A stretch of 64,000 nucleotides of DNA, from the NCBI GenBank assembly GCA_018817165.1, contig JAHITY010000062.1:26958-90957 (forward strand), read 5' to 3'. Source of the stretch: Candidatus Omnitrophota bacterium (lineage in GTDB: Bacteria; Omnitrophota; Gorgyraeia; B26-G9). The position numbers and the translations under genes were made by a program. Below the pieces are notes generated by a model that ran no database searches, was not told where the DNA came from, and saw nothing but the letters and a program-made list of their open reading frames with translations. This document shows, one piece after another, positions 8,352 through 18,042 of the stretch. The stretch's first letter is position 1. Each line of letters opens with the position of its first letter.

Positions 8352-9704
8352 ATGCAGGCGAGAATACTCTTGGTTGATGATGAAAAAGATCTGCTTGAAT
8401 GGTTGAGCATTGTTTTAGAAAAAGAAGGTTATCAGATTAAATGCGCTACTTCCGGAGAAGAAGCGCTTAAGTTGTTTGCTCAAGAACAGTTTGACATGGT
8501 AATCAGCGATATTCGGATGACTCCGATCAATGGTTTAGACCTGCTTAAAAAACTCAAAGCGATAAACCCGGAAATTATCGTGCTGATGGTTACGGCTTAT
8601 GCTTCTGTTGATACAGCGGTTAAAGCTCTAAGATATGGAGCATATGATTATTTGTTTAAACCGTTTAAACTAGATGATATTAAGCTGATTATAAAGAAGG
8701 CCTTTAGCCAAAGAAGAATTTTCGCGGATGATAAAAACAGTGAGAAGAAATTAAAAGAGCGGTACCGGTTTGCGAATATTATTGGCAAAAGCGCTCCGAT
8801 GCAGAAAATATTTGATATGATTGATAAAATTGCCAAGACCAATACAACAGTTTTAATTAATGGAGAGAGCGGTACAGGAAAAGAGCTTATTGCCAAAGCG
8901 ATTCATTATAATAGTTTAAAATCGAATAAACCTTTTGTTTCGATAGATTGCGGTGCCTTGCCGGAAGAACTTTTGGAAAGTGAATTGTTTGGGCATGTAA
9001 AAGGTTCTTTTACCGGAGCTATTTCCAGCAAACAGGGATTATTTGAAGTTGCCAGCGGAGGCACATTGTTTTTAGATGAAATTGGTGAAACCTCACAGGC
9101 GATGCAGGCTAAAATGCTGCGAGCGCTTCAGGAACGGGAAATCAGAGCTGTGGGCGCGACTAAAACCATAAAAGTCGATGTCCGGGTGATTGCCGCGACA
9201 AATAGAAATTTAGAAGATGAAGTGCGCCGAGAAAATTTTCGCAAGGATCTTTTTTATCGAATAAGTGTTATTAGTTTGGGTCTCCCTAAATTAGCGCAGC
9301 GTAGAGAAGATATTGGCTTGTTGGTAAATCATTTTCTGAAAAAATATCAATTAGCCGGAAAATCAGTTAAATCAATATCCAAAGAATGCATGGATTTATT
9401 TATTCAATACTCCTGGCCTGGTAATGTTCGCGAGCTGGAGAATGCGATTGAAAGCGCGGTGGCGCTTTCTGAGTCTAATGAAATCAAAGTCAATGATCTG
9501 CCCGAGCGAATCCAGGATCAATCCTCCTCAGCCGAATCGGAAGTAGTTACAAGCGATTCTTTAAAAGGTAAGGTTGAGCAGTTTGAGAAAGAACTTATTG
9601 CTAAAACCTTAAAAGAAGTGGGTGGGAACAAAAATCTGGTGGCTAAAATCCTTAAGATGACTCGGCGCAATCTGGATTATAAAATTAAGCGCTATGAGAT
9701 ATGA
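8352..9704 (+). CDS. pilR: Sigma-54-dependent response regulator PilR (REC-AAA+-HTH)
   Basis: REC domain, GESGTGKE, ESELFGHVKGSFTGA, WPGNVRELEN and a Fis-type HTH. Confidence 0.9.
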   Translation: MQARILLVDDEKDLLEWLSIVLEKEGYQIKCATSGEEALKLFAQEQFDMVISDIRMTPINGLDLLKKLKAINPEIIVLMVTAYASVDTAVKALRYGAYDYLFKPFKLDDIKLIIKKAFSQRRIFADDKNSEKKLKERYRFANIIGKSAPMQKIFDMIDKIAKTNTTVLINGESGTGKELIAKAIHYNSLKSNKPFVSIDCGALPEELLESELFGHVKGSFTGAISSKQGLFEVASGGTLFLDEIGETSQAMQAKMLRALQEREIRAVGATKTIKVDVRVIAATNRNLEDEVRRENFRKDLFYRISVISLGLPKLAQRREDIGLLVNHFLKKYQLAGKSVKSISKECMDLFIQYSWPGNVRELENAIESAVALSESNEIKVNDLPERIQDQSSSAESEVVTSDSLKGKVEQFEKELIAKTLKEVGGNKNLVAKILKMTRRNLDYKIKRYEI

Positions 9705-9711
9705 TCTAACC

Positions 9712-9803
9712 GTAGGGGCGCTGCTTGCCTGCGCCCGGTTATCAATAATTTTGATATATGATAATTGTATATTATTTTGGGTCGAGACAAGCACGGCCCC
9801 TAC
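9712..9803. repeat. REP doublet (REPIN-like), GTAG family
   Basis: GTAGGGGCGctgcttgcctgCGCCC, an AT-rich spacer, then inverted GGGTCGagacaagcaCGGCCCCTAC. Confidence 0.7.
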
Positions 9804-10008
9804 ATTGTGAATAGGTGTCCCTATATCTTCTGCTAAACGCTGCGTTCCTGTTTTTAGGAAAAAGTTTTCATATTCTGGAAAAAAATTTCTAAGTTTATTT
9901 TTTGCTTAATTTTTGTCCCCAAATTCAGTAATAAAAATCTAAATCTTAAGTGCTTGCATTTAAACGAGTTAATTGATATTTCAAAAAAATAAAAAAATAA
10001 AATTATCT

Positions 10009-10025
10009 TGGCATATCCATTGCTA
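10009..10025 (+). promoter_or_regulatory. Sigma-54 (-24/-12) promoter of the major pilin
   Basis: TGGCATATCCATTGCTA with exact GG-N10-GC spacing, downstream of pilR and 65 nt before the pilin ATG. Confidence 0.85.
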
Positions 10026-10090
10026 TTACATACCTGGAATCAACTATTTATTAACGGGTAATTTGTGGTAATTAAAGAAAGGGGTGTTGT

Positions 10091-10570
10091 ATGAATCGTA
10101 AGGGCTTTACATTGGTAGAAATCATGATTGTTGTAGCGATTATTGCCTTATTGGCAGCTATTGCTATACCTAACCTTATGCGTGCAAGGTTAAACGCGAA
10201 TGAAGCGGCTGCGCAATCGACATTAAAAACAGTAGCTACCGCAGCGGAAAGTTTTAGAGCAGCGCAAACGAATCCTTTATATCCGGCAAATGCGGCCGCG
10301 ATGACAGGGGCAACTCCGGCTTATTGTGATGCGGGAATTTTTGCCGCGGCGGGAAGACAAGGGTATTTACTTACTTATACTCAATTAGATGCTGGTCTGA
10401 GATATGTTGCGGCAGCCCAACCAGTAACTTTTCAGGTAACTGGGGTAAGAACATTTGCAATTAATCAAACTGGTGTTCTCAGAGCAACAGATGCAGGAGC
10501 AGCAGCGGTAACAGCTGGGCCAGCGACAACAGCTGCGTATGAAGCTGCAGCTTTCGTGGCTGTCCAATAA
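10091..10570 (+). CDS. pilA: Major type IVa pilin
   Basis: RKG|FTLVEIMIVVAIIALLAAIAIPN; own sigma-54 promoter and terminator. Confidence 0.9.
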   Translation: MNRKGFTLVEIMIVVAIIALLAAIAIPNLMRARLNANEAAAQSTLKTVATAAESFRAAQTNPLYPANAAAMTGATPAYCDAGIFAAAGRQGYLLTYTQLDAGLRYVAAAQPVTFQVTGVRTFAINQTGVLRATDAGAAAVTAGPATTAAYEAAAFVAVQ

Positions 10571-10587
10571 TTAGTGCGATAAAATCT

Positions 10588-10628
10588 AAAAGAGGGATTG
10601 TATAGAAATATATGATTCCTCTTTTTTT
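10588..10628 (+). terminator. Intrinsic terminator after pilA
   Basis: AAAAGAGGGATTGTATA-GAAA-TATATGATTCCTCTTTT followed by a T-tract. Confidence 0.8.
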
Positions 10629-10730
10629 ATTTCAGGTTATTGTTGAGATTGAAAAGAATATTTGTTATAATAAAAAAAAGTTATAATGTTTGTCTCTAAT
10701 TAATTTGGTTAATTAGTTGAAAGGCTTGCG

Positions 10731-11279
10731 ATGAATTCAATAAAATCATTATTACTATTAAAATCGTTTAAGAATAAAATTAATCGATTTATCAAATCAG
10801 TAAATCTGAACAATAATAAATTAGGGTATAGTTTGGTGGAAATAATGATTGTTATCGCGATTATTGCTTTATTAGCCGCGGTTTCCATTCCTAATATGTT
10901 AAGAACTAAACTTAATGCCAATGAACAGGCGGCCCAAACCACTTTAAAAGAAATTTCTAAAGCATGTGAAAGTTATCGAATTACTCAGTCAGTAACTACT
11001 TATCCCGCGGTTATTGCTGACTTGACTGAGGCCGATGATCCATATATTTCCGCTTTGGTTTTTGATTTAAATGGGCATCGAGGCTATTTGTTTACTTTTA
11101 CTGCCGGACCAACTGCAGCATTCGAAGGGGTTATTCAGACATTTGATTGCGGCGCAAGGCCGGTTTCTGCTAATGTTACGGGAAACCGCTGGTTTGTAAT
11201 TGATGAAACCGGAGTATTAAGAGAAGATCTTGATGCTGATGGTATTGCTGATGCCTCAGATACGGCAATTCAGGATTAG
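10731..11279 (+). CDS. Type IV pilin paralogue 2 (start uncertain)
   Basis: LG|YSLVEIMIVIAIIALLAAVSIPN; shares LNANE.AAQ.TLK and VTG.R.F.I..TGVLR with pilA. Confidence 0.85.
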   Translation: MNSIKSLLLLKSFKNKINRFIKSVNLNNNKLGYSLVEIMIVIAIIALLAAVSIPNMLRTKLNANEQAAQTTLKEISKACESYRITQSVTTYPAVIADLTEADDPYISALVFDLNGHRGYLFTFTAGPTAAFEGVIQTFDCGARPVSANVTGNRWFVIDETGVLREDLDADGIADASDTAIQD

Positions 11280-11327
11280 TTATGATGAATTGAAATAAAT
11301 TGTAAATTTGCAAAAGAAAGCATTTTT

Positions 11328-11804
11328 ATGCAATTGAAAATAAAACATGGATTTACATTGGTTGAAATATTAATCGTTGTCGCCATAATTGCCATGCTTG
11401 CAGCTTTGGCAATTCCTAATCTTATATACGCGCGTTTAAATTCAAATGAAGCCAATGCTCAAGGCACGTTAAAAGTTATTGGCAGTGCCTGTGAGAGTTT
11501 TCGGGTTGTTCAGGCAATTCCTCAATTTCCGGTTGATTTAGCGGCAGTAACTGATGCGACTCCGCCTTATTTAGCCGCGATTATTGATACCGCGACAACC
11601 GGGTCGCCGAAAAACGGTTATAATTATACGTATACGAGAATTGGTTTTCAGCAGTTTGTTTGCTGTGCAACACCAGAAACTTATCAGGTTACGGGAATCA
11701 GGACTTTTGCTTTAAACGAGAGCGGTGTGATCAGAGCGATTGACAATACTGCTGCGGTGGTAAATACGGAAGCTGCATATGATTTGATGACTCCGACCAA
11801 TTAA
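11328..11804 (+). CDS. Type IV pilin paralogue 3
   Basis: HG|FTLVEILIVVAIIAMLAALAIPN; homologous to pilA along its length. Confidence 0.88.
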   Translation: MQLKIKHGFTLVEILIVVAIIAMLAALAIPNLIYARLNSNEANAQGTLKVIGSACESFRVVQAIPQFPVDLAAVTDATPPYLAAIIDTATTGSPKNGYNYTYTRIGFQQFVCCATPETYQVTGIRTFALNESGVIRAIDNTAAVVNTEAAYDLMTPTN

Positions 11805-11857
11805 ATATTTTTATGAAATGATTATTTTACGTAAGTCATTTGAAGTAATGATTTTCA

Positions 11858-11886
11858 TTGACAAAAATAAAAAAAAATGCTAAATT
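11858..11886 (+). promoter_or_regulatory. Probable sigma-70 promoter for the GGDEF-pilMNOPQ operon
   Basis: TTGACA (11858-11863), 17 nt, extended TGc-TAAATT (11881-11886). Confidence 0.5.
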
Positions 11887-12144
11887 AAAATAGTAATAAA
11901 TAGAGGAAGAATTTTTACTAAAAAATGGAGTTTGAGAAATGACAGGGAAATGTCTTTCTAGAAAAAGAAGTATACCCTCTAATTCTATGTATGACTGCAA
12001 TTATTTTTTCCCCTCATATTTTTTAAAACTCATATCTCTTGTGTATAATAAAGCATACAGCTTTTCGATTAAGCCTGAAAATGATTCAAATCTTATTATT
12101 TGTGGGAATTGTCGAACCAGTTTAAAAAAAAGGTTTAGGTATTA

Positions 12145-13416
12145 ATGGACAAAGTGATAACTTTATTGCCATTTATCAGCATTTTATTTTTAATTGTTTT
12201 TTGGGTTTTTAGTCCGAATATGGGGGCGGCTCTATTAACAATTACTATTCCTTTTGTTATTTTTGCCGTTTATTCTAATTTAAAAAGAAAAGAATTACTC
12301 TCGGAATTAAGGGATACTGTTAAATCTTTTCAAGCGGAAAAAGAAGAAATTATAAAAGAAATTCAGAAAAAAGAAAAAAAACAAAGAGCGCAAAATGAAG
12401 AATTAAGACAGTTTGGAAAAAGTCTTTCCACGGCAATTAATAAAGATCAGCTTTTGCGTTTAATTGTAAAAAATTTCAGCAAGGTTACTGAATCTAAAGA
12501 AGGCGAAAGCCAATGTTTTCTTTTAAGCCGGCAGCAAGGGACAGATGAGTTTATTTACGAAGCCGGACATAATTTTGACAGCAATACCTTGAAATCAATG
12601 AGGTTTAGTGAGAATGATGAAATTATTCAGGCAGTAGTAAAAAGCAAAAAAATCAATACTTTTATTAGTGATATATTTGGCGGAGATTCAAATATTAGAT
12701 ATTTTCTTAAAGAGGAACGGACAACTTATTTATCGCAATTAGGATCACTGGCGCTTATCCCTTTAATAATGGAAGAGGAAGTGTGGGGAATTATTGTAAT
12801 TTTTTGCCGAGAAGGGGCTGCGGCTAATATAAAAAATGATGAAGCTTTTTTTCGGCTTTTGGTCGCGCAGGCTTCAATTGCTTTAGGTAGCGCGATTCAT
12901 CGCGGTCTTGCTTCGATCGATAAACTAACTCAGTTGTATAATCGTACTTTTTTGCAAAAACGAATGAATGAAGAAGTCGAATTTTGTAATCGGCAGCTTC
13001 TGCCTTTAAGTTTGTTGATGCTGGATATTGATCATTTTAAATTAATTAATGATACTTATGGGCATCAAGAAGGCGATATGGTGCTTAAAAAAATAGCGCA
13101 GATTATCAGTAAAAGTGTGAGATTAACTGATATTTGCGCGCGTTATGGCGGAGAAGAATTTGTTATTGTTTTACCGGGAATTGAGGAAATCGCGAACGAT
13201 AAATTTTCTATAGCTGAAAAATTAAGGCAGGCTGTTGAAAGTTCTGATTTTGTTGTGCTGGGTGATAAGCATATAAAAGTTACTATTAGTATTGGGGTTA
13301 CTGTAGGCAGATATCCTGAGGATAAAGACTTAGGGATGGACGCGTTTATCCAAAAAGCGGATCTATTGCTCTATAAAGCAAAAGAAGCTGGTAGAAATAG
13401 GGTGTGTTATAGTTAA
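12145..13416 (+). CDS. Membrane-anchored GAF-GGDEF diguanylate cyclase
   Basis: Two TM helices, coiled coil, GAF-like region, DIDHFKLINDTYGHQEGD, RLTD I-site and GGEEF active site. Confidence 0.9.
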   Translation: MDKVITLLPFISILFLIVFWVFSPNMGAALLTITIPFVIFAVYSNLKRKELLSELRDTVKSFQAEKEEIIKEIQKKEKKQRAQNEELRQFGKSLSTAINKDQLLRLIVKNFSKVTESKEGESQCFLLSRQQGTDEFIYEAGHNFDSNTLKSMRFSENDEIIQAVVKSKKINTFISDIFGGDSNIRYFLKEERTTYLSQLGSLALIPLIMEEEVWGIIVIFCREGAAANIKNDEAFFRLLVAQASIALGSAIHRGLASIDKLTQLYNRTFLQKRMNEEVEFCNRQLLPLSLLMLDIDHFKLINDTYGHQEGDMVLKKIAQIISKSVRLTDICARYGGEEFVIVLPGIEEIANDKFSIAEKLRQAVESSDFVVLGDKHIKVTISIGVTVGRYPEDKDLGMDAFIQKADLLLYKAKEAGRNRVCYS

Positions 13417-13452
13417 GATGCTAAAAACCTTTTTGTTTAAAATGGGAGAGTA

Positions 13453-15123
13453 ATGTTTCAAAAAAACAATGATTCTATAGGACTGGAAATAGGTGACGGT
13501 TTAGTTAAGGCAATGCATATGCGTTGTTCGGCTAAAGAAAACAGGTTGCTGGGATACGAGATTGTACCAGTGAATTTTCGCGAAGGTCGCCAAGGAATTG
13601 TCAATGCAATGAATGAGGTATTGACGCGTCTTGCCCTTAATAAGAAAAAGCATAAAGTTAATATCTCTGTTTCTGGCGAATCAGTTATGGTTCGAGATAT
13701 CCATTGGCCGCAAATGGCTGATGAGGAGATCCGTAAGGCATTGAAATTTGAAGTGGAACGACAGGTCCATTATAAAACTGATGAAATTGTATTTGATTAT
13801 TATTCTGTTTTGGATAAAACGATTGCTGAAACAAAAACAAGAGTTATTCTGGTTGCTGCTAAAAAAGATCTTATTGAAAATTATGTTAGCCTGATTGATT
13901 CGACGGGTTTTCTGCCGGGTTTTATTGAAGTAGACACCTTTAGTCTGCTGAATTGTTTTTATGTTAATGGGCCAAAACTGGCTGCTGAAAAAACAATAGC
14001 GATTATTAATATAGGCATGGAAGTTACTAATATTGATATAATTCGAGGGAGAATTGTCGGTTTAACAAAAGATGCTTTTGTTGCCTGGAGCAATTTGATT
14101 GATGCTTTGCCGGAAGATGTTGAATTAGACTTTTCGGATGTGACTTCGCTTAAAGGCGTGATGGGTACTGATGATATTTATGAATTGAGTCTGTTTATCA
14201 TGAACGCGCTTTCAAATCAGATAAGGCGTACGATTGAATTTTATGAAAGTCAGGGACGGGATACGGTAGAGGAAATATACTTAAGCGGCAAAGTGGCAAT
14301 GTATAAGAATCTGGATAAGTATCTGCAGAATATTCTGGGATTACAGGTTACTATTTGGGATCCGCTGGCTAATGTGCAATATGACCCCAAATTGTTCGCG
14401 GACAAGAAAATAAAGGAACAGGCTTTAATGCTGGCAGTTTGTACTGGGCTTGCCTGCTTTAGATCTTTTAATATAAATTTGGCTAGCAATAAAAAAGAAG
14501 TTAAAAAAAGCAAGCTGATGAAGTTTGTTAATCAAAATAAGATATTGTTTTATCTGGTATCAATTGCAATTATTTGTTTGATCGGGGTTTGGGTCATTTT
14601 GAGTAGTCAGCTTAAAATTAAAGAAGTTAATAAACAAAAATTGCTTGATCAAAATCAAAAATTGGAAGGGATTTTGCAGGACATTGAAAATTTAAAACAG
14701 GCTAGGTTTACTTTGCAGCAGCATATGCAGATAGCTAAGGCTTTACTTTCCCGAAGAATAATCTGGGGTAAAAAATTTCATCAAATAAGTACTAGTTTAC
14801 CGGAAGAAATGTGGCTGACGGATTTATATCTCAAAGACGCGTCAGTATCTCCAGCTAAGAGTCAATTTGAAGTAATAACTGATATTGGTGGGGCTGATTC
14901 TTTTAGGCCAAAGGATACTGTCCAGATCTTAATCATCAAAGGAACGGCATTTTCCAAAGCAAGTGATAATATGCTTAAAATAATAAATGATTTTATTAAT
15001 GCTTTAAAGTATAACCAGGAATTTGCTAAAGATTTTTCAACAATAGAATTAAAGCGCTCCCAACGTGTTGATATCGGTGATAGAGCGATTATGAAATTTA
15101 GTATGGAGTGTGTTTTAAAATAA
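13453..15123 (+). CDS. pilM: PilM-PilN fusion protein
   Basis: Actin-like PilM domain (IGLEIG, LSGKVA), then INL motif, TM helix and PilN domain (LPEEMWLTDL, IKGTAF). Confidence 0.8.
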   Translation: MFQKNNDSIGLEIGDGLVKAMHMRCSAKENRLLGYEIVPVNFREGRQGIVNAMNEVLTRLALNKKKHKVNISVSGESVMVRDIHWPQMADEEIRKALKFEVERQVHYKTDEIVFDYYSVLDKTIAETKTRVILVAAKKDLIENYVSLIDSTGFLPGFIEVDTFSLLNCFYVNGPKLAAEKTIAIINIGMEVTNIDIIRGRIVGLTKDAFVAWSNLIDALPEDVELDFSDVTSLKGVMGTDDIYELSLFIMNALSNQIRRTIEFYESQGRDTVEEIYLSGKVAMYKNLDKYLQNILGLQVTIWDPLANVQYDPKLFADKKIKEQALMLAVCTGLACFRSFNINLASNKKEVKKSKLMKFVNQNKILFYLVSIAIICLIGVWVILSSQLKIKEVNKQKLLDQNQKLEGILQDIENLKQARFTLQQHMQIAKALLSRRIIWGKKFHQISTSLPEEMWLTDLYLKDASVSPAKSQFEVITDIGGADSFRPKDTVQILIIKGTAFSKASDNMLKIINDFINALKYNQEFAKDFSTIELKRSQRVDIGDRAIMKFSMECVLK

Positions 15124-15132
15124 GGGAAAATA

Positions 15133-15726
15133 ATGAAAAAAGAACTTTCTAAAAAAGATCAGACATTAATCGCGGGAATTATTGGAATTTTTATTCTAGT
15201 GGTTCTGTCTTTTGTGACCGTATTCCAGCCTTTAATTACAAAAATTTTAAATTATAATAAACAGGAAAAGACAATGAGTGAACAGTTGGCTAAAGTTGAA
15301 AGCATGTCAGCTGATAAAGAAAAACTATCAAGGGAATTAGAAATTATTACTAAGAAAATAGATTATTATGAAAAAAAATTACCGCAACAGACTGATATCC
15401 CGGAAATACTCGCGGAATTGATTAAAATAGGCGAAAAAAGCAATGTTACATTTATTATGATTGAGCCGCAGAACACAAAGCAGATAGCTGTGGGAGATTC
15501 TCAGAATAAAACATATTTAGAAATCCCCATAGAAATTAAGCTCAAGGCAGGGTATCATCAGTTCGCGGCTTTTGTTAATGGTGTGGAAAATTTTCAAAGA
15601 TTCATGAAAGTGGATAATATAAAGATTACTTCTAAAGATGACAGCGCTGAGAAATTACATGAGGCGAGTTTAACGGTTAGCGCATTTGCTATAGAAAGAA
15701 AAAATACTGATGAAAAAACAAATTAA
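15133..15726 (+). CDS. pilO: Type IV pilus alignment protein PilO
   Basis: TM plus coiled coil, KLPQQTDIPEIL, EIPIEIKLKAGYHQFAAFV. Confidence 0.88.
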   Translation: MKKELSKKDQTLIAGIIGIFILVVLSFVTVFQPLITKILNYNKQEKTMSEQLAKVESMSADKEKLSRELEIITKKIDYYEKKLPQQTDIPEILAELIKIGEKSNVTFIMIEPQNTKQIAVGDSQNKTYLEIPIEIKLKAGYHQFAAFVNGVENFQRFMKVDNIKITSKDDSAEKLHEASLTVSAFAIERKNTDEKTN

Positions 15727-16150
15727 ATCGAAAGTAATTTTATTAGTGATATTAATAATCATTATTAATTCAATGGCTTTAGGGCTTAATGCATTGTTAA
15801 CTGATGCTTTTGCGCAACAACCTATAGTAAGTGATGAATCAACGGAGGTATTTGTTTATACTCGGAATGAAAGACCTGATCCGTTTGTTAGTTTAATAAA
15901 TAAAAGCGGAGATTTTAAAGATAATGTTCCCAGCGCAAGAGAAGAAATGATGGATTTAGTTCAACTGATTAAAGTTGATGGAATCCTTTGGGATTCTCAA
16001 ATGCCCTTGGTAATGATCAATAAAGAAATTCATAAAATCGGTGATATAGTCAATAGGCTGACTGTTAAAGAAATTACTGCTGAATCAGTTACTTTTGCGT
16101 ATTCAGATTTAACGTATACAATTACTATTATAGAAAAGAAATATTTTTGA
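15710..16150 (+). CDS. pilP: PilP-like protein
   Basis: RPDPF motif, GILWD...LVMIN, position between pilO and pilQ. Confidence 0.7.
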   Translation: MKKQIKSKVILLVILIIIINSMALGLNALLTDAFAQQPIVSDESTEVFVYTRNERPDPFVSLINKSGDFKDNVPSAREEMMDLVQLIKVDGILWDSQMPLVMINKEIHKIGDIVNRLTVKEITAESVTFAYSDLTYTITIIEKKYF

Positions 16151-16167
16151 ATATCAAGGAGGAGTTA

Positions 16168-17880
16168 ATGGACGTTAAAAATTTAATCTCAAGGAAGAGA
16201 ATTACACTGTGTTTGTTTTTATTGAGCATGATCTGCTGTTTTTCTTTAAACTCAGAGCTGAAATTCGCGTATGCTCAGCAGAGCGTTGAAAATCAATCAG
16301 ATTTTTCAGAACAGCTGAAAAATAATGATACTAGTGAGGATAAATTAATTTCGATTACTCTTAAGGAAACGGATATTAGAGAAGTGCTTAATATCCTGGC
16401 ATTTAAGGGGGGAGTCAATATCGTTGCGGGTGATGATGTTGTGGCGAAAATATCTGTTCAGCTTAAAGATGTTCCTTGGGAGCAGGCGCTGGATGTTATT
16501 TTGAAGACTTATAATTTCACTTATAAGCGCGATGGAAGCCTGATTCGGGTCATGAGCCTGGCTCGCGCATTGGAAGAAGAAGGTAAGACACCGCTTAAAA
16601 CTAAAATATTAGCGCTTAATTTTGCTGATGTTGTAGAATTGAAAGAGTCATTGAACAAAATGTTGAGTAAAAGAGGCACAATGGAGGTTGATAAACGCAC
16701 TAATTCTTTGATTATTACCGATATCCCGGAAATGGTAGATGCAATTGAGGAATCAGCAACTAGGCTGGATACTCTGACGCCACAGGTATTGATTGAAGCG
16801 ATGATGGTTGATATTAAAATAACTGACAAAAATCAATGGGGAACATTATTGAATGTATTAGATTTAAAAAATAGTCCGAATGGTTTAGACTCAGTATTGT
16901 CTGACGGCTCAGGCACTGGTCTTTTAAACTTTGGCACAATAACAGATAATTTTGATTTAACTGGGGCAATCGTGTCCCTGGTTTCACAAGGTATGGCTTC
17001 AATCCTGGCTAATCCAAAGGTGCTTACTTTAGATAATCAAAAGGCAATGATAGAAATAATCACGGAAATTCCTTATCAAGAGTCTGTTGATTCCGGTGGA
17101 GCAATTACTACTACGATTAAGTTTAAAGATGCGGGAATTAAATTGTCAGTAACTCCGCATATTACCAGTGGCAGATTTATTTCGATGAATGTTATGCCTG
17201 AACAAAGTTTTCAGTCTGGTTTTGCTGAAAACACAACGCAGCCGATTATTGATAAACGCTCGGCAGAAACAAATCTTCTGGTTAAAGATGGCCAGACAAT
17301 TGTGATTGGCGGTTTAAGACAAACTACTGATAACATCGATCAAGGAAAAATTCCTTTTTTTGGGGATATACCCTTTTTCGGATTGTTTTTTAGAAGCAAA
17401 TTAAGAACAAAAGTGGAGACAGAATTGGTTATTTTTGTTACTCCGCATATTGTGGAAACAGCGCTTTTAAGTGATCGAGAAATAGAATTGTTTGAAAAAC
17501 TAGATAATACCGCTAGGTTATGTTTTGACGAACGGTCTGAAATGGAAAAATTCAAAGCTTTTATGAATATTAAAAAAGATGTAAATAAAGCTGAAAAAAT
17601 TGCTGAGCATGAAAGTAAACGCTTACGCTTAGAACAAGAAGTAAAATCAGATCCCTTGATTGAGGCCAATTATCAATCAACAGCTTCGGAACCACTAAAA
17701 ACGCAATTACGCCAGAGGCGTAAGCAAATTATCGAAAAAGATGCGCCGGCACCGGTTCAAGAGGTTCCGGTAGTTTTTGAGCAGGATTTTTCATCCGAGG
17801 TTTATCAACAAAACAAAGCTTTAGAACTGGAAGCTGATCAATTTCGCAAATCAATGGATTTGCTGAAAAGTGAACATTAA
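16168..17880 (+). CDS. pilQ: Type IV pilus secretin PilQ
   Basis: N0/N3 domains (DVPWEQALDVIL, DKRTNSLII), QVLIEA, secretin core with GGL...IPFFG..F and ELVIFVTPHI. Start at ATG 16168 after AGGAGG. Confidence 0.9.
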   Translation: MDVKNLISRKRITLCLFLLSMICCFSLNSELKFAYAQQSVENQSDFSEQLKNNDTSEDKLISITLKETDIREVLNILAFKGGVNIVAGDDVVAKISVQLKDVPWEQALDVILKTYNFTYKRDGSLIRVMSLARALEEEGKTPLKTKILALNFADVVELKESLNKMLSKRGTMEVDKRTNSLIITDIPEMVDAIEESATRLDTLTPQVLIEAMMVDIKITDKNQWGTLLNVLDLKNSPNGLDSVLSDGSGTGLLNFGTITDNFDLTGAIVSLVSQGMASILANPKVLTLDNQKAMIEIITEIPYQESVDSGGAITTTIKFKDAGIKLSVTPHITSGRFISMNVMPEQSFQSGFAENTTQPIIDKRSAETNLLVKDGQTIVIGGLRQTTDNIDQGKIPFFGDIPFFGLFFRSKLRTKVETELVIFVTPHIVETALLSDREIELFEKLDNTARLCFDERSEMEKFKAFMNIKKDVNKAEKIAEHESKRLRLEQEVKSDPLIEANYQSTASEPLKTQLRQRRKQIIEKDAPAPVQEVPVVFEQDFSSEVYQQNKALELEADQFRKSMDLLKSEH

Positions 17881-17941
17881 GGAAAATAAAGCGATGTAAT
17901 TAAGAAATAAATCATATTTTCATACAATTATGTTTGGGGGC

Positions 17942-18028
17942 TTGACAATTGTATATTTAAGAGTATACTAATAAGAACGGCAATCATGAGTTTAAGTCAA
18001 AAAGTGGGAATTAGTTCCCGCTTTTTTT
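17942..18028 (+). promoter_or_regulatory. Promoter and rimP-leader attenuator hairpin
   Basis: TTGACA (17942) and TATACT (17964), then AAAAAGTGGGAA-ttag-TTCCCGCTTTTTTT upstream of the rimP ATG, as known for rimP-nusA-infB leaders. Confidence 0.75.
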
Positions 18029-18042
18029 GTGGAGTAAAGCAG

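Noticed and set aside
11939-12145. 68-aa ORF upstream of the diguanylate cyclase
   Set aside because: No recognisable motif and low-complexity AT-rich composition. More likely a 5' leader, although a small peptide cannot be excluded.
12145-13416. Hypr GGDEF (cGAMP synthase)
   Set aside because: The specificity position is Asp (GHQEGD), not Ser.
17986-18042. N-terminal extension of RimP in the ORF track; similar extensions for tgt (46289), pheA (24241), pilS (7064) and 52622
   Set aside because: The extensions run through leader hairpins, repeats or upstream genes; downstream starts have better RBS or promoter context.
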